DNA of 42,138 bases from an uncultured bacterium (GTDB lineage: Bacteria; CAYJRR01), in assembly GCA_964372275.1 (NCBI GenBank), contig CAYJRR010000020.1:1-42138 (forward strand), read 5' to 3'. Positions 18,001 to 27,873 of this stretch are shown here, one piece after another. The notes below the pieces were generated by a model. That model saw only the letters and a list, made by a program, of their open reading frames with translations, was not told the DNA's origin and did not search any database. A program made the translations under genes and the position numbers. How positions within the stretch are numbered: the first letter of the stretch is position 1; each line of letters starts with the position of its first letter.

Positions 18001-21000
18001 GAGCGGATCGCGAAGTGCGCATTCGAGACCAACCGCATCGACGAGGCGCGCGATCGGTACGATCGCGCCCTCGCCTTCCTCGACTCGCTCGGGGAGAAGG
18101 ACCTTCCGGCCGAGTCCGCCGCCGAGCACCGCGCCCGTCTGCTCGACGAGCGGGCCTTCGCCCTCGACCGCGGCGGCCGGAAGTCCGAGGCCGCGGCGGC
18201 CTACCTCGACGCGGCCAAGGCGAACTCGATCGCCGGCAACGAGCAGAACTCGGCCCGCGCGCTGCGCAACGCGGCGATCAACCTGTTCGAGAACAAGGGG
18301 TTCGGGGAGCTCCCCGGGGAAGCGCGAACGCGCGGATGGGACGCTACGGGCGCCGACGCCGACCGGAAGCCCCTGGTCGACGCGCTCTCCTACCTCGAGC
18401 GGAGCCTCGAAGGGGTGAAGAAGGACGGCGTCGTCGAACGGACCGACGAACGGAAGAAGCGGGCGCTGTTCTCCTACGACATGAAGATCGGGCTTTCGGC
18501 CGACACGTCGGAGGCGTCCGAAGGGTTCTCCAAGGCCGGCGAGAAGGAGCTGATCTTCACCTTCCTCGGAAAGATCCACCGGGCGCTCGGGGACCCGGCC
18601 CGCGCCCGCGAACAGCTCGAGAAGAAGCGGGCGATGCTCCCGTCGCGTGTCGCCGACGAGCAGAAGGCGGCGGTCGAGTTCAAGCGGGCCCTGCTCGAGA
18701 ACCAGATCGGGGTTCTCTCCCACGCTCTGGGCGACGCCGACGCCGCCTGGCGGGAGCTCGCCTCCTCGTGGAAGCGGAGCGAGTCGCTTGCGAACGTGCA
18801 GGGCACCGTCGTGAACGCCGCGAACCTGGCATGGATCGCCCTCGAACGGAACGACGCCGGGCGAAGGCAGGAGGCGCGCTCGTTCGTGGACGCCTCGCTA
18901 TCGCTGCTGGAGCGCGCGGCGCTCGCCGATCCGGAACGGTACGTCCCGTTGCTGAAGGGCGCGCGTGGCCTCCTGCGCGTGGCCGATGCCGCGTCGCCTC
19001 GCCGCGGCACGCCGGGCGCGTCCGCGATGCCCGGTCCGGAACCGGCCGCAGGCGGGATCGACCCGGCGTCGATCGCCGCACGACTGCGCCGCCTCGAAGA
19101 CCAGGGCCGTCTCCTTGCAGAGGCGGACGCCGACCTGAACGCGGCGCTCGGGCTCCTGGCCAAGACCGAAACGCCGTTCCCGGGGATGGCGCGGCTGCAC
19201 GTGGCGCTCTCCCGCGCCTCGGCCGAGATCGCCTCCCGGCGCGGGAACGCGAAGGAGTCGGCCGATCGCTACGCGGCGACGGCGTCGCTGGCGCGATCGC
19301 ACGGGATGGACGCGGTCGCGACGCAAGCGGAGATCGCGGCGCGGCTCCTCGGACCGACCGGCGGCGCCGAGGACGCGGCCCTCGACGAGACCTTGACCCG
19401 GCTGGAGGCGGTGCCGGCGCCGGTGCTCGCGATCGAGCTCGACCTGGCCGGGATCGAACCGGCCTATCGCCGGCTCGCCGCGGCGAAGCTTGCCGGGGGC
19501 GACGCCAACGGCGCGTTCTCGACGATGGAGCGACTTCGCGCCCTGCAGCTCGTGGCGCGCGCCGGCGGCCGGATTCCGCGGGGATCGGGGGCCGACGTGC
19601 GCGCGGCGGCCGACACCGTCCGGGATCGACGGACCGCCCTGCTCGCCGCCTACCGCGCCCTGAACGACGAGAGCGGCCCCGGCGACGGCGCGGAGAGGAA
19701 ACGGCGGCGCGACGCCTACGACCAGGCGGCGGCCGCCTGGAAGGGCGCGGTCGACGAGTGGGGCGGCTGGGACGACGTCGGATGGGGGCTGGCAACGCCG
19801 GCCGCGCCCGATCCGTCGGCGCTCTCGATGGCGGTGCCGCCCGACACCGTCTTCGTCTACTTCATCGCGACCGCCGACGCGTTGTGGTCGCTGCGGTGCG
19901 CCGACGGTGCCTGCACCGCGACCCGGGAGGGACCCTCTCCCGCCGAGGATCTCGCCGGTTCCCGGTCCGCGGCGGCGGCCGCCGTCGAGCGGGCCGCGGG
20001 AGAAGTCACGGGGATGGGTCGCGCGACCCTCGTCCTGGACGTCGGCCTGTTCGACGGCGAATGGATCCCCGCTTCGTTCCGCAAGAGTCGGATCGTCACC
20101 CTCCACAAGAGCGCCGGCAGCGTGATCGCGGGCTACGAGCACCGGGCGCCATACCGTGAGCGCAGGATCGTCGCCTCCGAGGCGGGGGCCGCGCAGCTCT
20201 TGGCCGACGCGCCGCGCGCCGACGAGATTCTCGTCGACGCCGCCGGCATCGTCCCCGCCGGGCGTCCGCTCGACGCGCACTGGGAGCTGACGCGGCCCGA
20301 GGGGCCCGCCCCCGTCCGCCGCGTCACCGCGGCCGACCTCCTCCTCGCCGGTCCGACGGTCTCGGCGATCGTCGCCCAGGTGGGAAGCCCGGCGGCGGGC
20401 GCCAAGGCCGATCCCGAGACCCTCCTCGCGCTCGCCGAGCTTTGGTTGCGCGCCGGCGCCGGCACCGTCGCGTTTGCCGAGTCGCCCCGCGCTTCGCGCT
20501 CCTCGGAGGCGTCCCTGCTCTCCGGCCATCCGGGGATGACGGCGTCCGAGCTGGCGACCTTCGGCGAGGAGGCGTACGCCGAGCTGTCGGCGCAGGTCTC
20601 CCAGGCGATGCAGGAGAAACGCTGGGACGACGCCTTGGTCCGACTCGAGCGCGCGCGCTACCTGATCGATTCGCTGCAGATTCCGGTTTCGCCGGCCGAG
20701 GTGGTCGAAGCGCAGGTGATGGCCGCCTACAACGCCGGGAGGTGGGCCGACGGGGCCCGCTACGCGGCCGAACAGGTGCGCCTTCTCGAGAAGGCGGGAG
20801 AAAAGGGGCTCCCGCTCGCCGACGCCTTGGCCAACCTCGGCGCCTTGCAGCAGCGCGCCGAGCGGTACGAAGAGGCGACGGCAACGCTCGAGCGGGCGTC
20901 GGAGGCGTACCAGGCGCTCGGCCAGAAAGACGGCGTCTCCCGCGCACTGACCTCGCTCGGGGCCACCTTCGAGCGCTGGCTGAAGACCGACAAGGCGCTG

Positions 21001-23451
21001 GAAGCGTTTCGCCGCGCGATCAAGACCCAGGAGGAGATCGGCGGACAGAGCGGCATCGGCGATCTGGAGCGGAAGATCGGCCGCGTCCATTACCAGTACC
21101 TCGAGGACTATGCCGAGGCCGAGGCGCATTTCGCCGCCGCGCGCGACGCCTACCGGGCGGCGAAAAACGCCGCCGGGGAGGACGAGGCCCGTCTCGAGCT
21201 GGGCCTCGTCGCGGAGCGGCGCGGGGAGCTGGAGGCGTCGAAGAAGGCGTATTCCGAGGTGCTGGACCGGGCGTCGGCGCGAAAGGACCGCGCGATCGAG
21301 GGCAAGGCGACGCTCTTCCTGGCCAACACCGCCTGGCTCTCCGGCGACTACCAGTCGGCGTTCGCGCGCGTTCGCGAAGCGCGGCGGATCGGGGCGGAGA
21401 CCGGCTCCGCGCGGCTCGATTTCCTGGCCCGGTCGACCGAAGGGCTCCTCCATTGGACGCTCAACGACCTGGCACGGGGGGTCGCGCTGCAAGAGGAGGC
21501 CCTTCTGCTCGCGCGCGGGCTCGACAGCCCGATCGACGAAGCGAGCACCCACAACAATCTCGGGATCCTGTTCCGGTCGGCGCGTGAATTCGACCGGGCG
21601 CTCGCGAGCTTCGAACGTGCGCTGGCGATCGACCGCCGGATCGGAAGCCGCTGGGGCCAGGCATACGACCTGCGGAACATCGGCTTGACGCACCTCCAGT
21701 CGGGAGAGATCTCTCGCGCGCGCGAGCCGCTCGAGTCGGCGGTGGCGCTGTCGCGCGAGATCGGCGACCGCGTCAATGGCGCCAAGGCGGAGCTGGCGCT
21801 GGCCGAGTTCCATCGCCTCCAGGGAGGCCGCGCCGGCGCCCCCGCGGGCAGCCTGCGCGACGCGAAGAACGGCTTCGCAAGGGCGCTGGCCCAGGCCGAA
21901 GCCTCGCATCTGCCGGAGGTCGCCTGGCGCGCCCATCGGGGACTCGCCCTGCTCGCGCGCGATGCCGGGGAGATTGCGACCGCGAAGGCGCAGCTCGACG
22001 CCGCGATCGGCGTCGTCGAGAACCTGCGCGGTTCGATCAAGGTGGAGGAGCTGAAGAACGGATTCATCGCCGACAAACTCGACCTCTACGACGACGCCAT
22101 CCGGCTCGCACTCGATCATCCCACGCCCGGAATCGACGCCGCGCAGGTCGCGTGGTCCTACTCCGAACGGTCCCGCGCGCGCTCGTTCATCGACCTGTTG
22201 GCCAATCGCAAGGTGGACCTCTCCTCCCCCGACGATGCGCGGCGCCTCGCCGAGCAGCGCCGCCTCAAGGCCCGTCTGTTCGCGGCCGAGGACGCGCTGG
22301 CGAAGTCGGCTCCGGCCGAGCGGCCCGCCCGGGAGAAGGAGTTGGCGACGCTGCGCGAGAGCTATCGCGATCTGTTGCTCGAGATCCGCGCGGCGAACCC
22401 CAAGTTGTCGGCCTTCGTCACCGTCGAGCCGCCGACGCTGGCCGACGTACGCAAGGTGATCGGCTCCGACACGGCGCTCCTCGAGTACCACGTCGCCGCC
22501 ACCGAGACCTACGTCTGGACGATCACCGACGGATCGATCCGGGTGGAGCGGCTGGGCATCGGCCGTGACGCGCTGGCGGCCGCGGTCAAGGCATACCTCT
22601 CCAAACTGGAGGCGATCCGTCCGGTCGACGCCGAGTCGCGCGAGCTGTGGGAGCTGCTGCTCGCCCCGGCACTCCATCCCGAGGCGCGGAAGAAACGCTA
22701 CCTGGGGATCGTTCCCCACGGCACGCTCCACTACGTTCCGTTTGCGGCCTTGAAAGAGGGGAACGAACACCTCGTCGACCGCGCCTCGCTCTTCTACGTG
22801 CCGTCCGCCGCCGTCCTGCCGTTGACCGGCGGCGGAGTCGCTCGACCGGCCGAACGTACCGCCTCGCGCGTCCTTGCCATCGGAAACCCCGACCTGGGAG
22901 ACGCGTCGTTCGCGCTGCCGTTCGCGGAGCTCGAAGTCGGTGACCTGCGCCTCGATTTTCCCCAGATCGACGTCATGACCCGCGATCGCGCCACCGAGCG
23001 CTGGGTGCAGAAGAACGTCTCCGACTACCGCGTGATCCACTTCGCCTGTCACGGCGAGTTCGACGCGGTCAACCCCCTCTTCTCGTCGCTGCGCCTGGCG
23101 CGCGAGCAGGAGGCGGACGGCGCCCTCACCGCGGCCGAGATCTTTGGACTTCCGCTCAAGGCGGAGCTGGTGACGCTCTCCGCGTGTCGCACCGGACTCG
23201 GCAAGATCGAGGCGGGGGACGAGCTGATCGGCCTCAACCGGGCCTTCCTCTACGCAGGAACGCGCAGCATCATGAGCACCCTCTGGCGCGTCCACGACGG
23301 GTCGACCGCCGTCCTGGTGAAGCACTTCTATCGGGGATTCGCGCGCGAACCGAAGGCCGACGCGCTACGCGGCGCGATGCGGCAGGTCCGCGAGTACTAC
23401 CCGCACCCGGCCTACTGGGCCGCCTTCGCCCTCACCGGCGAGTACCGCTGA
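15076..23451 (+). CDS. Giant lipoprotein (2791 aa): TolB/PD40 propeller, TPRs, degenerate CHAT-like domain, TPRs, CHAT (caspase-like) protease
   Basis: GTG overlaps the upstream TGA (GTGA); basic N-region plus LLLGLAAC lipobox; PD40 repeats (PAPSPDG, PAWSPNG, PAWSRDG, PTWSTDG); TPR helices; CHAT motifs IVPHGTLHYVPF, HFACHG, LVTLSACRTG, STLWRV, HPAYWAAF. Confidence 0.92.
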   Translation: MTAPACRPERRRRRRGAIPLVPLLLGLAACPRPVRIEERLPPPPKLVRGQVDDGPLGRIRRPSRLTADPAQEYDPAPSPDGTALVYVGHRRGNADLFLRFLPGSGRVGEFPIAEHFAADTDPAWSPNGRQIAFVSKRDDPKGDLYVYNLKTGDAVPDAVREALLGRFQELLARPDAELSPAEREQRARVSRYFEGHDPLLRFSDTGREVRGPAWSRDGGTIYYSARRPGEPENVWALDVLTRTPTAVTTDGGFDPAPSPDGKFLAYASRAGDPNGGLKLMRLADRKSVSLTIGSPIDGLPTWSTDGRTLFFTRYAHDTNGDGRLDLDDRPSLYAVTMSFAGTVVGSGGMIAPIPWPVTPAGGYDLFPAVAGGRLFYSSDDGTNADLWAIPERGIFPELASSREELALADELVNEPRMRLLLLEQIGARRPGDDAAAQDARLAAGRLRIERRESGAAERLLERLDSATDSEEKDGDARAASVHRARARILAAALAALKAESGGSIDKSALRRTADALERDAAGFEPAQRAEAYLEAGLARARAGDLLQATESWQRAAREEGGGWARAEAGLAAASAYGDLGQADRSVSTFLALLSAHPELPVPAERRAAVERERKQRLERIDKRLGGSTERPAAGIDPAGLPDVGVPATYGERAAAGVATAAILGNADAHAAIASLRDLATRHRDLPVLPALARNEIGDLYLRVGDVESATLEYRAVAESGLDRRQEQRARLSAAKALLIAGRYADAVAAVGAPPPAGGAGAKASAASAILARRALSAYVRTLLAKADDEFRDRDYALARKSYRAVLAVDSREVRAHRGLIASAAALGEADRIAQVYEEEAASTPDDPLIRYGVGLAYSYREPAETWLAKAENELKAAVALDDAAVFPHQTLGFVYEKREELFGEEGGFERAADQYLIALSLNEVKEDYRNESDLLLNVGNAFFNLKNHRAAYDHYRRRERASVPFDVKGRELVFLERIAKCAFETNRIDEARDRYDRALAFLDSLGEKDLPAESAAEHRARLLDERAFALDRGGRKSEAAAAYLDAAKANSIAGNEQNSARALRNAAINLFENKGFGELPGEARTRGWDATGADADRKPLVDALSYLERSLEGVKKDGVVERTDERKKRALFSYDMKIGLSADTSEASEGFSKAGEKELIFTFLGKIHRALGDPARAREQLEKKRAMLPSRVADEQKAAVEFKRALLENQIGVLSHALGDADAAWRELASSWKRSESLANVQGTVVNAANLAWIALERNDAGRRQEARSFVDASLSLLERAALADPERYVPLLKGARGLLRVADAASPRRGTPGASAMPGPEPAAGGIDPASIAARLRRLEDQGRLLAEADADLNAALGLLAKTETPFPGMARLHVALSRASAEIASRRGNAKESADRYAATASLARSHGMDAVATQAEIAARLLGPTGGAEDAALDETLTRLEAVPAPVLAIELDLAGIEPAYRRLAAAKLAGGDANGAFSTMERLRALQLVARAGGRIPRGSGADVRAAADTVRDRRTALLAAYRALNDESGPGDGAERKRRRDAYDQAAAAWKGAVDEWGGWDDVGWGLATPAAPDPSALSMAVPPDTVFVYFIATADALWSLRCADGACTATREGPSPAEDLAGSRSAAAAAVERAAGEVTGMGRATLVLDVGLFDGEWIPASFRKSRIVTLHKSAGSVIAGYEHRAPYRERRIVASEAGAAQLLADAPRADEILVDAAGIVPAGRPLDAHWELTRPEGPAPVRRVTAADLLLAGPTVSAIVAQVGSPAAGAKADPETLLALAELWLRAGAGTVAFAESPRASRSSEASLLSGHPGMTASELATFGEEAYAELSAQVSQAMQEKRWDDALVRLERARYLIDSLQIPVSPAEVVEAQVMAAYNAGRWADGARYAAEQVRLLEKAGEKGLPLADALANLGALQQRAERYEEATATLERASEAYQALGQKDGVSRALTSLGATFERWLKTDKALEAFRRAIKTQEEIGGQSGIGDLERKIGRVHYQYLEDYAEAEAHFAAARDAYRAAKNAAGEDEARLELGLVAERRGELEASKKAYSEVLDRASARKDRAIEGKATLFLANTAWLSGDYQSAFARVREARRIGAETGSARLDFLARSTEGLLHWTLNDLARGVALQEEALLLARGLDSPIDEASTHNNLGILFRSAREFDRALASFERALAIDRRIGSRWGQAYDLRNIGLTHLQSGEISRAREPLESAVALSREIGDRVNGAKAELALAEFHRLQGGRAGAPAGSLRDAKNGFARALAQAEASHLPEVAWRAHRGLALLARDAGEIATAKAQLDAAIGVVENLRGSIKVEELKNGFIADKLDLYDDAIRLALDHPTPGIDAAQVAWSYSERSRARSFIDLLANRKVDLSSPDDARRLAEQRRLKARLFAAEDALAKSAPAERPAREKELATLRESYRDLLLEIRAANPKLSAFVTVEPPTLADVRKVIGSDTALLEYHVAATETYVWTITDGSIRVERLGIGRDALAAAVKAYLSKLEAIRPVDAESRELWELLLAPALHPEARKKRYLGIVPHGTLHYVPFAALKEGNEHLVDRASLFYVPSAAVLPLTGGGVARPAERTASRVLAIGNPDLGDASFALPFAELEVGDLRLDFPQIDVMTRDRATERWVQKNVSDYRVIHFACHGEFDAVNPLFSSLRLAREQEADGALTAAEIFGLPLKAELVTLSACRTGLGKIEAGDELIGLNRAFLYAGTRSIMSTLWRVHDGSTAVLVKHFYRGFAREPKADALRGAMRQVREYYPHPAYWAAFALTGEYR

Positions 23452-23483
23452 CGATTCCAGGCCGCGGACCCGGGCACCTGGGA

Positions 23484-23972
23484 TCAACGGGCGACGCCGC
23501 CGCCCGGGCCGCCGATCCCGGCGTCGCGCAGCAGCGCCGGCGCGTTGCTCACAGCGGTGCGGAGGACGTTGTTGTACTCGGCGCGGGTGTAGGTCCGGCC
23601 GGCGATCGAGACCTGGTTGATCATCTCGTTGATCTTGGCCGCGATCTTCGCCTCGTCCATCCCCGCTCCGGCCGTCTTCAAGCCGTAGGCCGCCGCTCCC
23701 AGACCGACGGTTCCCAGCGCGAGGCCGAGGCCCGTCCAGCCGACGATGTAGCCGCCGATGGCCGACCCGGCGCCGGCGATGGCGATGAGCGAACCGACCG
23801 CGATGTGGCCCGTCACCCTTCCCATCAGCGTCGTGTGGTCCCTCCGCATCTCCTCGACGGTGACGATCTCGTCGTCGGTTGCCGCCCGCGCGCCGGCACC
23901 GAACAGCATCGTCGCCGAAAGCGCGACCGACAGCGCCGCGCGACGAAGACCACCGACCACTTCGATCGTCAT
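23484..23972 (-). CDS. Secreted small protein with Gly/Ala-rich hydrophobic hairpin
   Basis: Signal peptide ending ARA; GSLIAIAGAGSAIGGYIVGWTGLGLALGTVGLGAAAYG; TACAAT -10 at 23996-24001 on the minus strand. Confidence 0.7.
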   Translation of the reverse strand: MTIEVVGGLRRAALSVALSATMLFGAGARAATDDEIVTVEEMRRDHTTLMGRVTGHIAVGSLIAIAGAGSAIGGYIVGWTGLGLALGTVGLGAAAYGLKTAGAGMDEAKIAAKINEMINQVSIAGRTYTRAEYNNVLRTAVSNAPALLRDAGIGGPGGGVAR

Positions 23973-24093
23973 GATGGAACCCCCCGCAAACCCGCATTGT
24001 ACCGCGCCGGAACGGGCTCCGCTACGGCGCCGACCCGTGGAATGCCGTGGCGGTTCACCTTGCGCCGGTCGCCGGAATTGCCTTTGGCGACGG

Positions 24094-24375
24094 CTACCTG
24101 GGCGTCCGGCCGGCCATCACCACCAGGCCGATCGCCGCCGCCCAGACGGCGAGCAAGAGGAAGATCAGCAGCCCCGACACGACGAGGCGCCGCAGTTTCA
24201 CCAGGATCAGGCCGACGCCCGCGGTCGCCCCTCCGAGCGCCGCGGCGGCGAACCGGAAATCGACGGGACCGATCCGGGCCGTCGCCCCTCCCAGTCGGTC
24301 GCCCAGCAACCAGCCGACGGCGGCCCCGAGGAGGACGGCGATGACCGATCGAACGGCGAAGAAGATCACCGGCAC
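24094..24375 (-). CDS. Small 3-TM membrane protein downstream of murA
   Basis: [24 protein letters not shown]...[25 protein letters not shown]; fills the gap after murA. Confidence 0.6.
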   Translation of the reverse strand: MPVIFFAVRSVIAVLLGAAVGWLLGDRLGGATARIGPVDFRFAAAALGGATAGVGLILVKLRRLVVSGLLIFLLLAVWAAAIGLVVMAGRTPR

Positions 24376-24410
24376 CGCCCGATCGTCGGCCTCATCGCCA
24401 CGACGGGATC

Positions 24411-25691
24411 CTACAGGATCTCGTCGCGCTCGCGTCGGATGTCGGCGCCGAGCGCCTGCAGCTTCCGCTCGATGCGCTGGTAGCCGCGGTCGAGGTGGTA
24501 GACGCGATGGACGTGCGTTTCGCCCTCCGCGGCGAGCCCCGCCAGGACCAGGCTCGCCGACGCGCGCAGGTCGGTCGCCATCACGTGCGCCCCGGAGAGT
24601 GATCGCGTGCCGTGGACGACCGCCGTCGGTCCCTCGATCCGGATCTCCGCCCCCATCCGATTGAGCTCGGCGACGTGCTGGAAGCGGTTCTCGAAGACCG
24701 TCTCGGTGATCACGCTCGTTCCGTTCGCGAGCGCCATCGTCGCCATGAACTGGGCCTGCATGTCGGTGGCGAACCCCGGGTAGGGCAGCGTCTTCACGTC
24801 GACGGCGGCGAGCGAGCCGGGGATCGAACGGACGACGATGGCGCCGCCCTCGACCGTCAGCGAGACTCCGGCGGCGCGCAGCTTGGTGGCGAGCGCTTCG
24901 AGATGCTGGAGCTCCCCTCCGCGCACCCGCACCTCCCCGCCGGCCATCGCCACGGCGCACAGGAAGGTCCCGGTCTCGATGCGGTCGGCCATCACGCGAT
25001 GGCGCATCGGACGGAGCTCGCGGACGCCGACGATCTCGATGACGTCGGTCCCCCCCCCCTTCACCTCGGCCCCCATGCCGCTCAGGGCCATCGCCAGGTC
25101 GGCGATCTCCGGCTCCTTCGCCGCGTTGCGCAGGACCGTCCGGCCGTCGGCGAGCGCCGCCGCCATCATCACGTTTTCGGTGCCGGTCACGGTGGGGAAA
25201 TCGAAGGTGAGGTCGGTCCCCTTGAGTCGGCGGGTGCGTGCCTCGACGTAGCCGTGCTCGAGCCGGATCTCCGCCCCCATCTGCGCCAACGCCTTCAGGT
25301 GCAGATCGATCGGGCGCGCTCCGATCGCGCATCCGCCCGGCAGCGACACCCGGGCGCGGCCCATGCGGGCGACGAGCGGGCCGAGCACCAGCACCGAGGC
25401 CCGCATCGTCTTGACGAGCTCGTACGGCGCCTCGGGCAGCGTGATCTCGGTGGCGTCGAGCGTGGTCACGGCCTCGCCGCTCCCCTCTTCCGCCCCCGAG
25501 GCGACCCCCATGTTCGCGAGCAGCCGCTTGAAGGTGGCGATGTCGCGAAGGTCGGGGACGTGGGTCAACCGGTGCACGCCCGGCGCGAGCAGCGATGCGG
25601 CGAGCAGGGGGAGCGCCGCGTTCTTGGCGCCGCTGATCTCGACCTCGCCCCCCAGGGGCCTGCCACCGCGAATGACGAGCTTGTCCACCAT
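24411..25691 (-). CDS. murA: UDP-N-acetylglucosamine 1-carboxyvinyltransferase
   Basis: [26 protein letters not shown] (catalytic Cys), [25 protein letters not shown]. Confidence 0.97.
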   Translation of the reverse strand: MVDKLVIRGGRPLGGEVEISGAKNAALPLLAASLLAPGVHRLTHVPDLRDIATFKRLLANMGVASGAEEGSGEAVTTLDATEITLPEAPYELVKTMRASVLVLGPLVARMGRARVSLPGGCAIGARPIDLHLKALAQMGAEIRLEHGYVEARTRRLKGTDLTFDFPTVTGTENVMMAAALADGRTVLRNAAKEPEIADLAMALSGMGAEVKGGGTDVIEIVGVRELRPMRHRVMADRIETGTFLCAVAMAGGEVRVRGGELQHLEALATKLRAAGVSLTVEGGAIVVRSIPGSLAAVDVKTLPYPGFATDMQAQFMATMALANGTSVITETVFENRFQHVAELNRMGAEIRIEGPTAVVHGTRSLSGAHVMATDLRASASLVLAGLAAEGETHVHRVYHLDRGYQRIERKLQALGADIRRERDEIL

Positions 25692-25831
25692 CCCTCCGGA
25701 AGAGGTAGCAACCGCCGGGCCGGCGGAGGATAGGTCCTCCCTCCGCGATCTTGCAACGAAATCCCCCGCCAACCCGCCTCCCGCGCGGCGTGGCGGGGAC
25801 ACGGCCGTGGAATTTTCGACTCGGATCGGAC

Positions 25832-26890
25832 CTAGGGCGATCCACCCGCGGCGCGGCGGAGGCGGTCGGCGATGGCGGGCCAAAGCCCGCCCGATTGCGT
25901 CACCGTTTCGGCGAAGAGCACACCGGCTCCGGAGTCGTCGAGCTCCCGCAGGGCGGCGAACAGATTTCGCGCCGCCTCGGCGTCGTCGCCGCGGGCGGAC
26001 AGGACGCGGACGATCACCTCCCGCGAGGTGGCCTGGGCGAAGCCCCGTCGCGCCGTTTCCGCATTGCCGGCAATGGCGAGCAGTCCGACGCGAGCCGGAA
26101 GCGCCGCGACGTCGGTCACCGGCAATCGGAGCAGCCGCAGCGGAGTCCGCGGGGCGTAGTGGCTGGCGAGCTGTCCGGGGGCGGAGGGGGGCGCGGAACC
26201 GGCCGAGGCGTCGGGCGGGACGATCTCGACGCCGGTGCCGGCGGCGCGTTCGATCTCCGCGGGCGAAACCCCGCCGGGGCGGAGCAGGCGCAGCCGGCCG
26301 CGATCGACGGCGACGATCGTCGACTCCACCCCGACCTCGCAGCGTCCGCCGTCGAGGATCAGGTCGACCCGGTCCCCGAGCTCGGCCCGGACGTCCTCCG
26401 CGCGGGTCGGGCTGATGCGGCCGAACCGGTTCGCGCTCGGCGCGGCGAGCGGGAATCCGACGCGCGCGAGAAGCGCGAGCGCGACCGGATGGCGGGGGAC
26501 GCGGACGGCGACCGTCGGCAGGCCGCTCGCCGCCAGGTCGGCGACGCCCGTGCCACGCGGCAGGACCACGGTGAGCGGCCCCGGCCAGAAGGACCGCGCG
26601 AGACGCTCGACGCATTCGCGGTCGGCGGCGGGGACCGACGATGCGTCGACGATCCCGCGATCCCCCAGCGTCTCGATTGCGTCCCGGTCCACCGGCCGGG
26701 TGTGGACGATCAGCGGATCGAACGAGGGGCGTTCCTTGGCGGCGAAGACGCGCGCCACCGCCGTCCCGTCGGCGGCGTTCGCCGCGAGCCCGTAGACCGT
26801 CTCGGTCGGAATGGCGACCAGGCCGCCCGCGAGAAGCCGCCTCGCGGTCCGCTCGAGGTTCTCCGGCGACGGCGGAAGGACGGCGGTCAT
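25832..26890 (-). CDS. sua5: L-threonylcarbamoyladenylate synthase (Sua5-type TsaC with C-terminal SUA5 domain)
   Basis: [58 protein letters not shown]. Confidence 0.95.
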   Translation of the reverse strand: MTAVLPPSPENLERTARRLLAGGLVAIPTETVYGLAANAADGTAVARVFAAKERPSFDPLIVHTRPVDRDAIETLGDRGIVDASSVPAADRECVERLARSFWPGPLTVVLPRGTGVADLAASGLPTVAVRVPRHPVALALLARVGFPLAAPSANRFGRISPTRAEDVRAELGDRVDLILDGGRCEVGVESTIVAVDRGRLRLLRPGGVSPAEIERAAGTGVEIVPPDASAGSAPPSAPGQLASHYAPRTPLRLLRLPVTDVAALPARVGLLAIAGNAETARRGFAQATSREVIVRVLSARGDDAEAARNLFAALRELDDSGAGVLFAETVTQSGGLWPAIADRLRRAAGGSP

Positions 26891-27873
26891 CGTCCGGACG
26901 GCGCGAGCGGCTTCCGGCCGGCGACGACGCGCGGGTGGCCGGCGAGGTCGTCGGTCACCGAGACCCGATCGAAACCGGCGTCGCGGAAGATCTCCGCCGC
27001 GGCCGTTCCCTGCCCGGCGCCGATCTCGAACAACGCCCAGCCTCCGGGCGTGAGGACCGCGAACGCCGGCGCGGTCCAGGCACGGACGACCGACAACCCG
27101 TCCTCACCACCGTCGAGCGCCGCCCGGGGCTCGAAGTCGCGAACGTCGCGCGGAAGCCCGGCGAGATCGCCGCTCCGCACGTAGGGGGGATTGGCGACGA
27201 CCACGTCGAAGCGCTCACCCGCGACCGGCTGGAAACCGTCCCCCGCGCGGACCTCCACCCGTGGACGAGCGTCGACCCGATGCGACGATCCGCCCGACGC
27301 GCCCGCCGCGGCGGCCGCGTCGAGGATCGCCGCGACGTTGCGACGCGCGTAGGCCAACGCCTCGTCGGAGCGTTCGACGGCGACGACCTCCGCGGAGGGA
27401 AGGTCCGCCGCGATCGCGATCGCCACGCACCCGGAGCCGGTTCCGACGTCCAGGATCCGCACGCGCTCGCCGGCCGCCGCTGACCCCTCCCCGCCCGAAC
27501 GCCCGCGGGGGGCGCCTCCGCGCGCCAGGGCGAGCTCGACCAGGAGCTCGGTCTCGGGGCGCGGCACCAGCACCCCCGGACCGACCTCCAGCTCTTGCTT
27601 CCCGAAGCCGCGCCGCCCGACCAGGTAGGCGATCGGCTCGCCGGTGGCGCGGCGGCGCATCAGCTCGCGAAATCGGTCCTGCTCGGCGACGGAGACCGGG
27701 CGCTCGAACTGGAGGAAGACGTCGATGCGGCGGATCCCGAGCGCGTGCGCGAGCAACGTCTCGGCGTCGACCTTGGCCGATTCGTCCCCCTTCGACGCGA
27801 GCCACGGCGTCGCCACCCGCAGCAGCTCGGCGCAGGTCATCCGCTTCGACGATTGCGTGGCGGCGGCGTTCAC
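26887..27873 (-). CDS. prmC: Release factor glutamine methyltransferase
   Basis: [35 protein letters not shown]. Confidence 0.95.
   Translation of the reverse strand: MNAAATQSSKRMTCAELLRVATPWLASKGDESAKVDAETLLAHALGIRRIDVFLQFERPVSVAEQDRFRELMRRRATGEPIAYLVGRRGFGKQELEVGPGVLVPRPETELLVELALARGGAPRGRSGGEGSAAAGERVRILDVGTGSGCVAIAIAADLPSAEVVAVERSDEALAYARRNVAAILDAAAAAGASGGSSHRVDARPRVEVRAGDGFQPVAGERFDVVVANPPYVRSGDLAGLPRDVRDFEPRAALDGGEDGLSVVRAWTAPAFAVLTPGGWALFEIGAGQGTAAAEIFRDAGFDRVSVTDDLAGHPRVVAGRKPLAPSGR

Noticed and set aside
15076-23451. Craspase (type III-E CRISPR) or gasdermin system
   Set aside because: No cas genes, array or gasdermin-like ORF in the window, and the protease looks exported.
24411-25691. 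Fosfomycin-resistant MurA
   Set aside because: The active-site Cys is retained (LPGGCAIG).
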